Below, in pieces: positions 12,601-24,436 of a stretch of DNA of 36,492 nt. The DNA comes from Phoronis australis (Eukaryota > Animalia > Phoronida): positions 10,925-47,416 of the forward strand of contig NMRA01001155.1 in assembly GCA_002633005.1 (NCBI GenBank), given 5' to 3'. Position numbers and translations under genes: made by a program. Within the stretch, counting starts at the first letter, position 1. The number at the start of each line of letters is the position of its first letter. The notes below the pieces were generated by a model. That model was given only the letters and a program-made list of their open reading frames with translations. It searched no databases and was not told the DNA's origin.

Positions 12601-12871
12601 CCTTCAGGCAGGCTTGGTAATAGGTGTCTGAATTTCACTATTTTCAGACCGCGTATGTGTATTTGTCATGTTAAACCAGTCACTAGTTGTGCGCCGTTTC
12701 TACGCATTAATATGCCGTGGTATAATACAACAATTAAAACAATTGGTTTGCTTAAATGTTTTTAATTAATTTTAAGGACACTAGCATTTCCCAATAAAAT
12801 ATGAAATTATACTAAATTTGTTCATCCAATTCGTCTGAATACCAAACTAAAGCTTACAATGCGTTAGTTGA

Positions 12872-13321
12872 ATGATGGCTGACCTAAAGTGCGGGTTTGC
12901 GAATTTATCTATTTATCTGGCACTGCCAGTCGCATCGAATGTGGTATTTCTACAAATTGCGGAGAGAAACAACTTTGGAAACTCTTGGGAAATGCACAAG
13001 GTATAGAGCGAGACATTTGAGCACCTTATAAGAGTACGTGGAGCTGATGTGGAGGTGGAACGTGTCCTCCCGAGTCCTGAGAAGTAGTCTGTCTCAGTGT
13101 CTGCCTCGGAGGCAGGTGTGGAGCAGGAGCTACATAATCTACCTTATTAGATTCACTTGCCCGAATCATCGTTACAACACTCGAGATATATTGCTGTCGC
13201 CAAAGACACTGAGAACATCCACTGCACACTAGAGGAGAAATCTGATAGAGCCTGATAGAGGTCTGAAAAATGACCAAAGACGTTAAGTCAAGGTTCAACG
13301 TCCTGCTTCGTGTGAGCTCAG
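12872..13321 (+). pseudogene. Transposase exon 1 (Cys/His-rich N-terminus), frameshifted
   Basis: Across frames: MMADLKCGFAN...IECGISTNCG...LGKCTRYRARHLSTL...CPNHRYN...(*)EHPLH...MTKDVKSRFNVLLRVSS-G, ending at a GT donor (GTAGG, 13322). This fits the CxF..CG..CxRDIxxH..CPxHR..CxHPxH..LVPVGSG pattern I associate with Sola3-type transposases. Confidence 0.65.
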
Positions 13322-13751
13322 GTAGGAATCACTAAACTCCAGGGTCTGACCCTGAGGAATATTTTTAGAAGCACGTCATTCATGCAAAAATACTTTTATT
13401 GTCACACCGTGATTGCTTATAACTTGGGCCTTATTGCTTAATCATATCTTATTCAAATGTGTTGATGTTTATGCAACTACATGTATACATTGGCATAGAA
13501 AATAGGTAGTCATCATAACTTTTCATAACAACCACCAAATGTGTAACATGACTTCTGCCCATGAACTACTTTTAGAGACTAGGGAGTATGTTATGTCTGC
13601 CAATGAATTTCTGCGATTATGAAGTTAATTAAACATGCTAAAGCCGTCAAAAATATTGGTGCCTTCACTTTAGCTTGGTATTCATATTTTCTGAGCCGAA
13701 ATGGCCACATTAAATTTAATATGTTTAATTTTTTCATTAATACAATTTTAG

Positions 13752-14115
13752 GAATCAGGAAAGGCTTATGCTGAAGAAGTGGCTTCTGCTGAAGTTGGAG
13801 ACTTGCCGATTATTAGTAAAGGTTGGGTATGGAAAAGTTCACAACCAGCAAGAAGGTACCCTTCTGGACAACTAAGTGAGGGGGCTAGAGAGAGGCCGTA
13901 AAGTCTACTCCCAGAAGATATGTCAAAGAGAATTTGTAGCTTGAGGAACGAGTCGGGGGAAAAAGTATTTGCCAAAGATTACTGGCTTATACCACAACAG
14001 GTCCAAAGTAATTTGTTGAGATAGGCCACTCTCAGCAAATGTGGGGAAACTGGGACAGAGGAAGTGGAGTATGCATTGAAAGAGGCAATCTGCGATTGTC
14101 AAGGATGTAGCATTG
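13752..14115 (+). pseudogene. Transposase exon 2 remnant (C-terminal domain); catalytic core deleted
   Basis: After the TTTTAG acceptor (13751): KAYAEEV...LPIISKGWVWKSSQPARRY...PEDMSKRICSLRNESGEKVFAKDYWLIPQQVQSNLLR with in-frame stops. This matches the recalled GWALK...P..V...MR..R...G...F....L..QQI.S.FSR motif. Confidence 0.7.
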
Positions 14116-17100
14116 TAAAAATTCAAAGGGAGGAAACAGTACAGTGGCTGGACCTGTAAATACTCTGGCTGATCTGCTAAATCCAGTGGGGGCATTATTG
14201 TATCAGCACAGCTGTGTAGGGAAGTAGGCTTGTGTGTTGTCGCAAGCTTTGTTTGCACCAGAACTGCTTGTGTGAACAGCACAAATCTAAAATTTACCTA
14301 GTCTAAGACTGAATTTTTCTCCAGGCACGGATCATGATCCTGGGCCACATGGTAATGGTACATTGTTCATTTTGTTTAGCCACTGGATTTTTTGGTCTGA
14401 CAGGATTTCTCAGTGTGGCCATCACATTTAGATGATTTCTGACCACTGTACTGTTCCTTTTCCTTGAAGATGCATAATTGATCTGAATTTATGTTTCCGC
14501 ATTTTATTTACCATTATAGATTTTTGTTTGTAAATGGGTATATATTACTGAAATTTGAGACCCTGTTGCAGTTAGGCTGGTTTTGTTAACTTATCTTTCT
14601 ACCTGGGTTGTAAACCCATATTCTGTCCAGGAGGTAATAAGTTTTGATTTAGACCACTTACCTGTATAAAATTTGCTCAGTTTGTTCCTTATCCAGATGG
14701 GAAGTGATTTCTGGAATTATAGCGAATTGACAGTTTGCTATTCCTTGAGACCATGCTGTGTGTATAAAATCACACACTATTAGTCTGGTCTCTAGCAATT
14801 GCATATTGCCAGATCTTTCAAAGTTCTGAAAAGTGACCTGGAAGTAATACCTATTTCGTGATGGTAAAATGTCTAAATCAAAAGTTGTTTTATGCGATTC
14901 TAGGCGAGTTTATGTCCACTTCAAATGATTTTTGTTGCAGTACTGAAAAGTATTGGCACATTAGCTCTGGTGGCTCCTTGTTTTTTTGGCGAATTGACCA
15001 TTTTATGGTTCCCATGGGTAATTTTGTTAGTGGTCTAGTATGTATGTACAACTGTAATCGTAGGGCAATTGTAATGCAAACCATGTTGCAAAAGTATTTT
15101 TTCATGACCATTTCATTGTAAAATGCTGCCTAATTGGAACCGACATGCCAATTTTTCATTTTGTGGTGGTTAGTTTTGATAAGAACATTGATGTGGTAAA
15201 TACAGCTACCTCAAGTTTGTGAAGAAGAGATTTCCAGTGTTGTCAGCGATATTGTGAAATCACTTTTTCGCAGTGAGACTACATCACCTTAAATGTAATT
15301 CCCTGACTTTATGGGCTTTGTGTGGTTGACTCTGTCCTGTAGCAATTAGAGTGTTGAAAAGATCTAGAAGGCAATTTTTTATTAGACTCATAATATTTGC
15401 ACTTTTGACTGTACAATTATCTTTGCATTGTATTACGAAAACATATTCTGTAGTACACAAGTCTCTGGTTGGTATTTTATATTTTTTCACAAGGAATATT
15501 TTCAGCTTAGATGAGTTGTCTGTGAGGTAGGCAATTTTCAAATAAGATAATGAATAAAATTGTCAAACATTGTTTTATTTTTTAGATGTGTGATCTTCCA
15601 ATAAGTGATTACTTTTAAAAAACCTGTGCAGAATTTGATTTTTACTCTTCATTTTAAGGAGAATAAATCCATAAACCTGCATTGTCTTGAAATTTTACTC
15701 AAACTACAGATTGGGTTGGGGATTGGAATCTTAATACAACAGAGTCTCTGAACCCGTACCATGAGCAATACAACACAATACACGGATATAAAAATTTGGT
15801 GTTTAGGTTCCACGGAAAGGATTCGTGTGCGCGGTAATAGTTACTAAGGTGCGTGGTCATTGTTTGTGGATACTTTGGGATTCCTCTTCTGTGGTCATCC
15901 ACGGGAAACCTGGTCGCATAGAGAACAATAGATTAGCATCTTCATTGTTATAATAAAGATATAATGACGAGCACTTATCAGCAACGGTCTGATGTACGCA
16001 AGGTTCTATATCCATGCGACCTGTGTTGTTATATCCAACAGTGACACAACAATGGAAAACAATGATAGGACCGATGGGCGAAAAACATGCGACGAGTTGC
16101 CACAGACAGTGGTGGAGTTTGTCTTGTCATTCGAATGTTTTTAGAGAACTGCAAACCCGCCATTTCGTCAGGAAAATTTCTGCGGTCTTTTGTTTTAAGT
16201 CGTGGGAAAAACTGCGGTCATGCCACCAAACTTATCATTCATTTGATATTACAATGCATTGCATGAACATTTGATCAACAGAAAATCTGACTTGAATATG
16301 TGTGAAGAAATACCCATGAGGAAATTGCAAAGTAAAACAACTGTAAATCAAAATAACCTACATTTGTCGAGTTCATGTCTAACCCTGTTCACTGCGGAGG
16401 ACATAATCGGCTTTTTACAAAATGGAGCCATGTGTGGTATTTAGGGGTACTATAGCCCAAAGTGATAAGTAGTAAAACGTTCAAAACATTCAGGAGGAAC
16501 TAACTTGTTGCAAAATATCGAAAAATATGAAGGACAATCGGATTTTACGGTGCTCACGCATCGATCTCAGATATATGACAATTTCTCATTTTAGTACATT
16601 TGAGGTGCCAAAATGTATAACTAATAAACTGGCTGACAAAGTTTTTATTTTATGCAATGAAAGTAACATGTTTTGTCAGCATTTTGGCTAAGTTTCATTC
16701 TCATAGCAGTGGGGGCAGATTTGGTACAGCAGTGTACTGAACACAACCTCAAAATGGCATAACGGGGGGCAGTGTAGTAAAACTACTAAATGAGGGCGGT
16801 AAATCGGAATCGTGTTTCAAGACATCTGCGTAACAATCTATAGGCACCACTAAACAATGCCAAGTGAATAATAAATCAATAGCTTTCATTCAAGGAAAAA
16901 TATGAACAGTTAAAACTGGACAGTTTTTATACCGTGAAAACATGGCTGCGAAACCGTAAAATGTGTTTGAACCTATAACTTTAGAAAAACACAATATTTT
17001 GAGGAAATATTTTACCGCTGTTTATAGATCCCATAGGACTACATATGTGCCAAATTTGGTGAAAATCGGCTGACCCCCACCTTGCCGCTCATGGTTGGTG

Positions 17101-17441
17101 CTCTCGTGGACTAGTACTTAAGTTATGATTTTTGCTAGTGGTGATGTCGATGACGTAACAGCAGACTATACTTACGAGGGAAAAAAGAAGCAAACGACAT
17201 TTACTCTAACTGCAATATAAATCACGCATCCCATTCCTTTAATGCACTTTTGACACACTGGACATAAATTGAATGTGGCTGATATCAATAATCAAAACAA
17301 TGACTTTTTCATAATATTCTCGAAAAAACAATGTTAACAAGACTCTTAAATGTACCAGTTTCATATACGGTATACCGATGTGCCCGTGAATAAATAGTGA
17401 CGAAATAATGCATTTTCTTTCGTTCATCAAATTGTTTCCCA

Positions 17442-17457
17442 TAGGCGCATGCGCCTA
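17442..17457. promoter_or_regulatory. Perfect 16-bp palindrome containing an NRF1/P3A2-type core (GCGCATGCGC)
   Basis: TAGGCGCATGCGCCTA. The palindrome is certain; its function is unproven. Confidence 0.3.
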
Positions 17458-17736
17458 AGCTTCACCTAGAAATTATTAGTTAAACGTCAATCTTAATGCA
17501 AGTGAACGTGTACCATCGTATAATATTTAAAACAATGACTCCGTGGTTTTACTCAACTGCACGCGCCCTGTTCCGCATAAGTATGGCTTTTTCACAATAA
17601 GGCGTACGGGTAAAATTAATGTATATACAGGGTAAGATGAGGAAAGACGAGGACAGTCCATCGCACAATTGAATACGGCAATCTGACAGTTTACGAACTT
17701 ACTGGCTACGATGACAGCAGTAGCGGCAGTGTCGCT

Positions 17737-18132
17737 TAGGCCCGTAGCCANNNNNNNNNNNNNNNNNNNNNNNNNNNNNNNNNNNNNNNNNNNNNNNNNN
17801 NNNNNNNNNNNNNNNNNNNNNNNNNNNNNNNNNNNNNNNNNNNNNNNNNNNNNNNNNNNNNNNNNNNNNNNNNNNNNNNNNNNNNNNNNNNNNNNNNNNN
17901 NNNNNNNNNNNNNNNNNNNNNNNNNNNNNNNNNNNNNNNNNNNNNNNNNNNNNNNNNNNNNNNNNNNNNNNNNNNNNNNNNNNNNNNNNNNNNNNNNNNN
18001 NNNNNNNNNNNNNNNNNNNNNNNNNNNNNNNNNNNNNNNNNNNNNNNNNNNNNNNNNNNNNNNNNNNNNNNNNNNNNNNNNNNNNNNNNNNNNNNNNNGG
18101 GGGTTCGATCGAACCACCCCGCGGAAAAGGTC
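17737..18132 (+). mobile_element. Probable MITE fragment spanning a gap
   Basis: TAGGCCCGTAGCCA before the gap and GGGGGTTCGATCGAACCACCCC after it resemble GC-rich hAT-type MITE ends; no second TIR or TSD is visible. Confidence 0.35.
17751..18098. other. Assembly gap
   Basis: Run of N. Confidence 1.
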
Positions 18133-18170
18133 GAGCCCAAGCCTATCCGTTAGCGATGGGGTATAGATGG

Positions 18171-18231
18171 ACAACAACATCATCAACAACAATAACAACA
18201 ACAACAACAATAACAACAACAACAACAACAA
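18171..18231. repeat. (AAC)n microsatellite with ATC/AAT variants
   Basis: About 20 triplets seen directly. Confidence 0.95.
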
Positions 18232-18459
18232 AGTTGTTGCAGTTACTGGTAGTACTAACTACAATTAAAACTAAGTTAGGTGGATTTGCTTCTGATTCAA
18301 AGCGCTTCGCTTAAGCGTCGCGCTCTACCCGGCCCCAGGGCCCAACTTCCCCCGAGTTGTATTTACGCAGATGACAGGTTCGCGCAGACGATTAGAGAAG
18401 GCTTTATGTAATTCATTGGCATTAACAATGCGTGGTTGCTGCACCATTTTCGTCGATAT

Positions 18460-18728
18460 TATCGTTAGCCAAATGAGTAAGCGTTACGCCGTTGAATTAC
18501 TCGCCCAAGTTGAATCTTGTTAGAGGCGTAAAGTAATATTTTACGCAGTAAATAATTATCACATTACAACGTAAAGTAAGTATTTGCGGGGATAAAAGTT
18601 ACTTTACGCCGCAAATATTTACTTTACGCCGCAAATAATTTTTTATGCCGTACTTAATTACTCCTGTAACAAAAATTATTTACGCACGTAATTTAACGGC
18701 GTAACGTTCACCTATTTGGCCAACAATA
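18460..18728. mobile_element. Fold-back MITE (~270 bp) with modular arms
   Basis: TATCGTTAGCCAAATGAGTAAGCGTTACGCCGTTGAATTAC versus the reverse complement of the right end, TATTGTTGGCCAAATAGGTGAACGTTACGCCGTTAAATTAC. Internal CGTAAAGTAA modules on the left face TTACTTTACGCCGCAAATA modules on the right. Confidence 0.85.
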
Positions 18729-19937
18729 CATCATAGGGTAACATGTCTATAACTAGCTAAGCTTTAAAACAGCGAAATAGCTCTCAAAAAGTAGTGTGGC
18801 GTGAATGTCTTAAAATCGACCAAGAAAAATGTTAGCAGAAAATATGATTGTTATCTGCGATTTTGGTGTACTTGCTAACATAGTAGGGCAAGGTGCAGAC
18901 ATTTTAAATTTAGAATTGGAGGTGATCGTCAAATGATTGTTGTTCATCCAATGTCCACTTTCATTGTGGATTGGTGGACTGACATGTATGCGGGTGTACA
19001 CTTGTGGGTTTTTATTCTTTTAAAACCAATACACGCCGACGGTAAGTTCACTATAGGCAGTCTTCTGTCGTTGCTCAAACAAAAACCAGACTTTAACTAC
19101 CGTGTGTTCTTGCACTGAGGAAACGAGCATGTTCACAGTATTAGGAAAAAGCAGGTCTAGACTTAATGAAACTGTGGTCAGTGAAGAAAGTGTTCCCTTG
19201 TCCATCAATGACAACGGTGCAGAGCCTTGCAGACTTCGCACGAGCATCAAACTTGATTGAAAAGATTTCCAAGGTTACTTGTCACTATTCCGAGGATTCA
19301 CTTCTCGGAAAATCCCCTTTTCTGAAGTTTCACTACCTGTGATTGTCTGCTAATAATGTGTCGGAACTGACATAATTAAATATTGTTTTTATATCCATTG
19401 AGCAACCAAGTAAAATGTATGCAAGAGATGAACAGTTCTTAAAACATTGATTGCATTGTTTACAAATGAGCTTCGTTCCTATCACTGCCAATCGTGACTT
19501 CTTGAATCTGACTAACGACTCATTCTCAAGCAGGGACAACATTTGCGGCAGGGTCAGGGCTGCGGCGACCTGAAGACTGAATGGGACTCTCTGACTTTGT
19601 GAAAACTGGGAAGAGCAGGGTAGCCTTCTAAATACGGTGAGTTAATTATTCGTCAATATCCCTGCTTCGTATTCTTTTGAAAGGATAGTAAACCCTGTGA
19701 TGATTTCCACCAATCCTCGTTCTGTCACCTGCTAATTCATCACTGGCGTAAATCTCCCAAGTTAAAAGTATATTAAACCTTGTTTTATCCTATTAACAGA
19801 TACTAAAAACGACTTTCCCATCCAGTCCTCTGAAACGAAATAATGCTCGGCTCGAATACCCTCCAAAGTTTTGAGGAAAATCAGAAAACTCCTTACAAAT
19901 TCTGCTAAAGGGGCAAGCGTGACCTGCGCTTTTCATT

Positions 19938-20358
19938 GGTGCCGTTTACATTACAAAAGTTGACACGGATCAGCTGACACGGAACGAGATGTTCCAGTGT
20001 GTAAACGGGACTGACACGGAGCAAATTGACACGGCGGTGACAACTTTTGCCACCCGTTTGTGAGGTGGGGCGATTTGCGCTCGAGCATCTTGCTCCGTGT
20101 CCATTATAAGTCTAAACGCGAAATTGGGGCGAGGCGGAAAAAAATCATCTCTACTGCGCCTGTGCAATGACCTACATACGTGTTCTCTGTCTCTGCAACT
20201 GCCGCTATTTGAAAACCTGAGCATGTGCATTCCACTCTCGAGCGTACAACTTCCGTCTTGCCACAGTATGAAATTGCGTGTGTAAACGTCCACTTGACAC
20301 CGATCAAGTTGCTCCGTGTCAGTTGCGCTGGATCAAAAGTTGATGTCTAAACAGGACT
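19938..20358. mobile_element. PIF/Harbinger-like MITE, diverged
   Basis: Ends GGTGCCGTTTACA...TCTAAACAGGACT(AA); internal GTGTAAAC motifs; repeated TGACACGGA / CTCCGTGTCA subterminal motifs in both orientations. The TSD is not clean. Confidence 0.6.
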
Positions 20359-22641
20359 AAATTACAAGACATCTGTGCGAAAAGACGACCCACTAAGGAC
20401 CATAATGTCCACTTCGTGAGACAGTGGGTATAAGTTCTTAGTTGATTTCTGCTTTATCTTTCAAGATTGACGCCAATGATGCAAAAGCAAGTGAGAGAAC
20501 GAGGATTGATCAAATTAGGGTTTAGAATTCCTTTTAAGGAAGGAATCACGTGAAAATTCATATACCCCATGTCAAAGTTTGGACATTATGATCCTTGGTG
20601 GGTGGACCTTCTCCACAGTAGCCGTGTAATTCGCAAAAAGCGTAGGCTACGCTTGCTCGTTTAGCAAACTTTGAAAGAGTGTTCAAAATTTTCAGCAAAC
20701 TTTTAAGGGTTGTCAATGGTTATAGAGTATTAATTTGTTTCGGAGAACTCTAGTGGGTAGAGAATCGGTCAACAGGTCAAACCCGGATTTGACATCCTTT
20801 TAAAAATGCAAGAATGTACTTAACTTTCCATATTCGTTCGACATGCAGGCAATTTCGTATGCGCATGAAATTAATAGTACGCGTACGCTGTTGTCCGTAC
20901 ATGATGGCGTTCTCCCGTTCAGGGACTTTACCAGACGTAGAGCAGAGAGGGTTGTGAGCGGGTGATAACATCTAGCTCCTTTGTTAACTGCCAAGCACAG
21001 TCTTTTGTCTGGTATGACAACAGGCAGGCCAATTATCTGCCAGTCTTATTACACATCACGTGTGAACACAGTCAAACCCGGAGCGAATTGGTACGTTCGG
21101 GAAGAATAGAATGTCGTAACTTCGGTTGTAGGTGGGCGATTTTGCCGATTCAAAAATTCAACATGATCAGCATTTGACGGGGAATTCAGAAATGCTATTG
21201 GTTTATGTTCAAATATGTAATAACTTGACTTTTGTTTTTAACAGCACAGCTCAGTCAGGCTAGATAGGAAGTTATTGAAATTAGAGCAATTATCGAACAA
21301 AAGAGAGCTGACCCTCCAACCATAAATGCCAGAATGAAGTTAATCAGTCCTGTAAGATATTGGCTACAGGGGTAAACTTCCCAATTTGTTGATGGGCTAT
21401 AAAATCGAACAAGTTGGGATCAAAGGGAAAACGCCGTAATTATACATGTAGTAAACCACTCGGCGCATATAATAACCGAAGTATCGTTTACTTTTTCATG
21501 CAAAAGTAGAAAATTAAACCTGGGTTCGAAAATTTATGAGTAGTGAACGTTCAGAATAGTGCGCTGTGCCCATTTCCAGCGATGTAAGTAAAACGCAAAA
21601 ATACAACCAGATAAAAAATTCGTCAAGTCATTCTCAGACTAAACAAATTCTGTCTGAGTATGTATTCAAGCAAGCCTGATTTGAAAGTTTTGCGGGTCGA
21701 TCTTTGCAAAATATGAAGGGACCAATGTTCCAGAAATTCGAACCACTCCCTGCGCAATGCTGTCTACGAACCTAAACTAACAATGACGGCGACCATGTTG
21801 TCAATTACTTACAAAACCTGCACCCCATTTCAAGTGTGAGAAGTGTGAATTCGTGAAATAATACAACAAGAAAATTATAATGCACTCCAATAAAAAAGTG
21901 GTGACTCGAAAGTCATGTGTGTATCTTTTGATGTTGTAGGTCTCCATAAATATATTGCAAAACAGATAAAGGCATCTTTCATGATAATTAGTTTGTTTTG
22001 ACAGTTTCTACTAACGACTAGCGTTCGTTCTGATAAACGCGAGTGTAAAACACCTGTCCAAATTGAGTGAAAGTCAAGGTGAACATATACAGCCGAGGAT
22101 ATACTCTTAATGGCACTACCTCTGATTTAACGTGTTCTCGCAGTTTTAAATGTCGTTTACAAGCACCAAAACCAGGCCAAATTAGCTAACCAAATGGTTA
22201 GATTAAAATTGTCACTTTTGATTAACGTAAATTGAATTTCAATGCGTCTTTTTGTGACTGTGGAGGTAGTTATGCGCCTGGCTAGATACTTTGTGTTGTA
22301 ACTCACAGGCAGCTGCTCACCTCAAGTTGAAGGCTAATGGAGGTGTTAGTGTGCGTCCACATAACATTTGGAAAAATTCTCTCGTATTTCAAATGATATA
22401 AAATCATAACAAACTGTGTAAGATGTTTATCGCTATGTTCCATCAACCTGACTCCGTTTAAATGACCGACGTGCTGCTTGCAACATTTGAAATGGGAATC
22501 TATTCAGTTCTGTTGTCGAGTTTCCAAATTCTTTAGTCAACGAATAGTCTGTGTCCTTACCTTAATGTACAGAAAAAAAAAAAAAATTTTAGCTAGTAAA
22601 GAGCTTGTACAATTTGATCTTTGGCTTCATCATCTTTGCTG

Positions 22642-22877
22642 GGTCACGTGATCACGTCTTTTTAGTAAAACCTAGCAAACAAGAAAGATTCATCCATACC
22701 AAAACAGCAGCACCAATAAAATGACCATAAACAACCTCGTTTTGATAACCTCTCTTACAAACAGTGGAGAACAATGCATGATGGGTAATATCTGAAATTT
22801 TCATGAACTGTCATTTCTGAGATATGATGTTCGAATTTGCCAATTTTTGACATTTTCGAGGGTCCTACATAACGTAA
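22642..22877 (+). mobile_element. Old dispersed repeat, copy 1 (Kolobok-like right end, internally deleted)
   Basis: GGTCACGTGATCACGTCTTTTTAGTAAAACCTAGC and TTTCTGAGATATGATGTT...TCCTACATAAC are shared with 27826-28008 (reverse) and 35861-36251. Confidence 0.6.
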
Positions 22878-22917
22878 AATAATTTAGAATTTCCAGACGA
22901 GCTGCAGCAGAAGCATA

Positions 22918-23024
22918 CTCAAACAGTTAATAAATATCCATATAGTGCACAACTCAAACAGTTAATAAATATCCAGATAGTGCACAACCCAAACAGTTAA
23001 TAAATATCCAGATAGTGCACAACT
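22918..23024. repeat. 35-bp tandem repeat, 3 near-identical copies
   Basis: CTCAAACAGTTAATAAATATCCAGATAGTGCACAA at 22918, 22953 and 22988. Confidence 0.97.
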
Positions 23025-23153
23025 TCAGCTGCATGTCCGGGAAATGAAGTTGTGTAATATTTTGCTGTTTATTAAATTTAGAATTTGAACTACAACAGAG
23101 ATAAAACGCTCAATTCATTATTTCCAACTACAGCCCCATTATGAGCTGCTCCA

Positions 23154-23307
23154 CGCTCCCCGCTCACCGCTCACCGCTCGACGCTCGACGCTCACCGCTC
23201 CCGGCTCCGGCTCCCCGCTCACCGCTCTACGCTCACTGCTCACCGCTCACCGCTCACCGCTCTAAGCTCACTGCTCACCGCTCACCGCTCACCGCTCACT
23301 GCTCACC
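23154..23307. repeat. 7-bp (CGCTCAC)n array, ~22 copies
   Basis: Seen directly; it explains ORF 23141..23482. Confidence 0.95.
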
Positions 23308-23339
23308 TCATGGGGTACTACATATAAATGTGCCACATG

Positions 23340-23512
23340 ATATCACGGCAAACCATACGTTCGATGATATGAAAAAACATATGTTTGGTCATATTGCGAA
23401 AATATTAACGTTTGGAGATTCCATGACAAGATATAGGTTTGACGATCGGATATCATGTTATCATGGAAAGGCATTAGTTTGATGGTATCATGACAAGAAA
23501 TTCGTTTGATGC
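23340..23512. repeat. Degenerate ~26-27-bp minisatellite
   Basis: Recurring ATCATGACAAG...GTTTGATGAT-like units, about 6 copies. Confidence 0.55.
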
Positions 23513-24372
23513 AGCTGTTGTCCCTGTCACACTGAATTTTCTAGTCAGGCATCTTCGCAGTCATTTTACGAAACACTCTGAGAATGAGAAATTATGCTTG
23601 TCTAATAAAACTAGTAAACCAGTTTTTTATTCAACTTTAGTGAGGAACGCACGCCTGCAGATGTTATCATCTGCACGCACTTCACTCGTTGTCTAGTGTT
23701 CTCTCTACAGGTAGTGACCGTATGACGAGCTCTAATGCAGCCTCTAAGTGGATTCTTACCTCCAAATGTACCTGGCTTTTAATGCACTCGTCTATGTAAT
23801 TTCGTCTTGATATCATGCAATTAACGCAGTTAAAGAGCAAACACTATCCCTGTCTAGCGCCAAGGGAGTTAACTTCACATTGTTCATGCCCTGCTCACTT
23901 ACAAACAGGACATTGAAATAAAGTTAAAACATGCGCTAAAGGTCGCCATAAGCTAAAACCAAGATCTCGCGCGAGTGAAAATATTTCATGAACATGCTAT
24001 GGACCTTACTAGCCAATCCTAGCAAAATGTTGGCCACTGACGTGTCTAGTGGGTGAGGTTGGAGTGTTGAATTGTGGCAGTTGAATTCATTGTTAGTTTC
24101 CGTTGCAAAAGCGAAGTTTTCACCGCAAGCGCAAGCTAAGTTTTTATGATCTACGGAACTCAGCCTAGGTTTTGATATATTTCTGGGTACGGTCATGGTC
24201 TAATGCATGCTTCTACTTGAAATTCATATATGTACCCGGATAATTTCACTCAACTTTTTATACAAGAAATCCTAATATTTTAATGTCAGCATTTCCTGAA
24301 TAGATTCTGGTATCAGCTGAGCTGATTATTAGAATTTATTCCCCAATTTTCCATTACAAGTAAGATGGTGGT

Positions 24373-24436
24373 TACATTATTATACATTAATATACATTAT
24401 TATACATTATTATACATTATTATACATTATTATACA
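24373..24436. repeat. 10-bp (TATACATTAT)n array, ~6 copies
   Basis: Seen directly. Confidence 0.95.

Larger units (their letters stand above)
12092..17117 (+). mobile_element. 5,026-bp non-autonomous DNA transposon with TTAA TSD, Sola3-like
   Basis: TTAA at 12088-12091 and 17118-17121. Imperfect TIRs: GTATCAGTCCACG...AGCGGCAAGGTGGGGGGTCAGCC (12092-12154) and its complement at 17068-17117. Internal decayed transposase exons are present. Confidence 0.85.

Noticed and set aside
23141-23482. 113-aa Pro/Arg-rich ORF
   Set aside because: It is produced by the 7-bp repeat.
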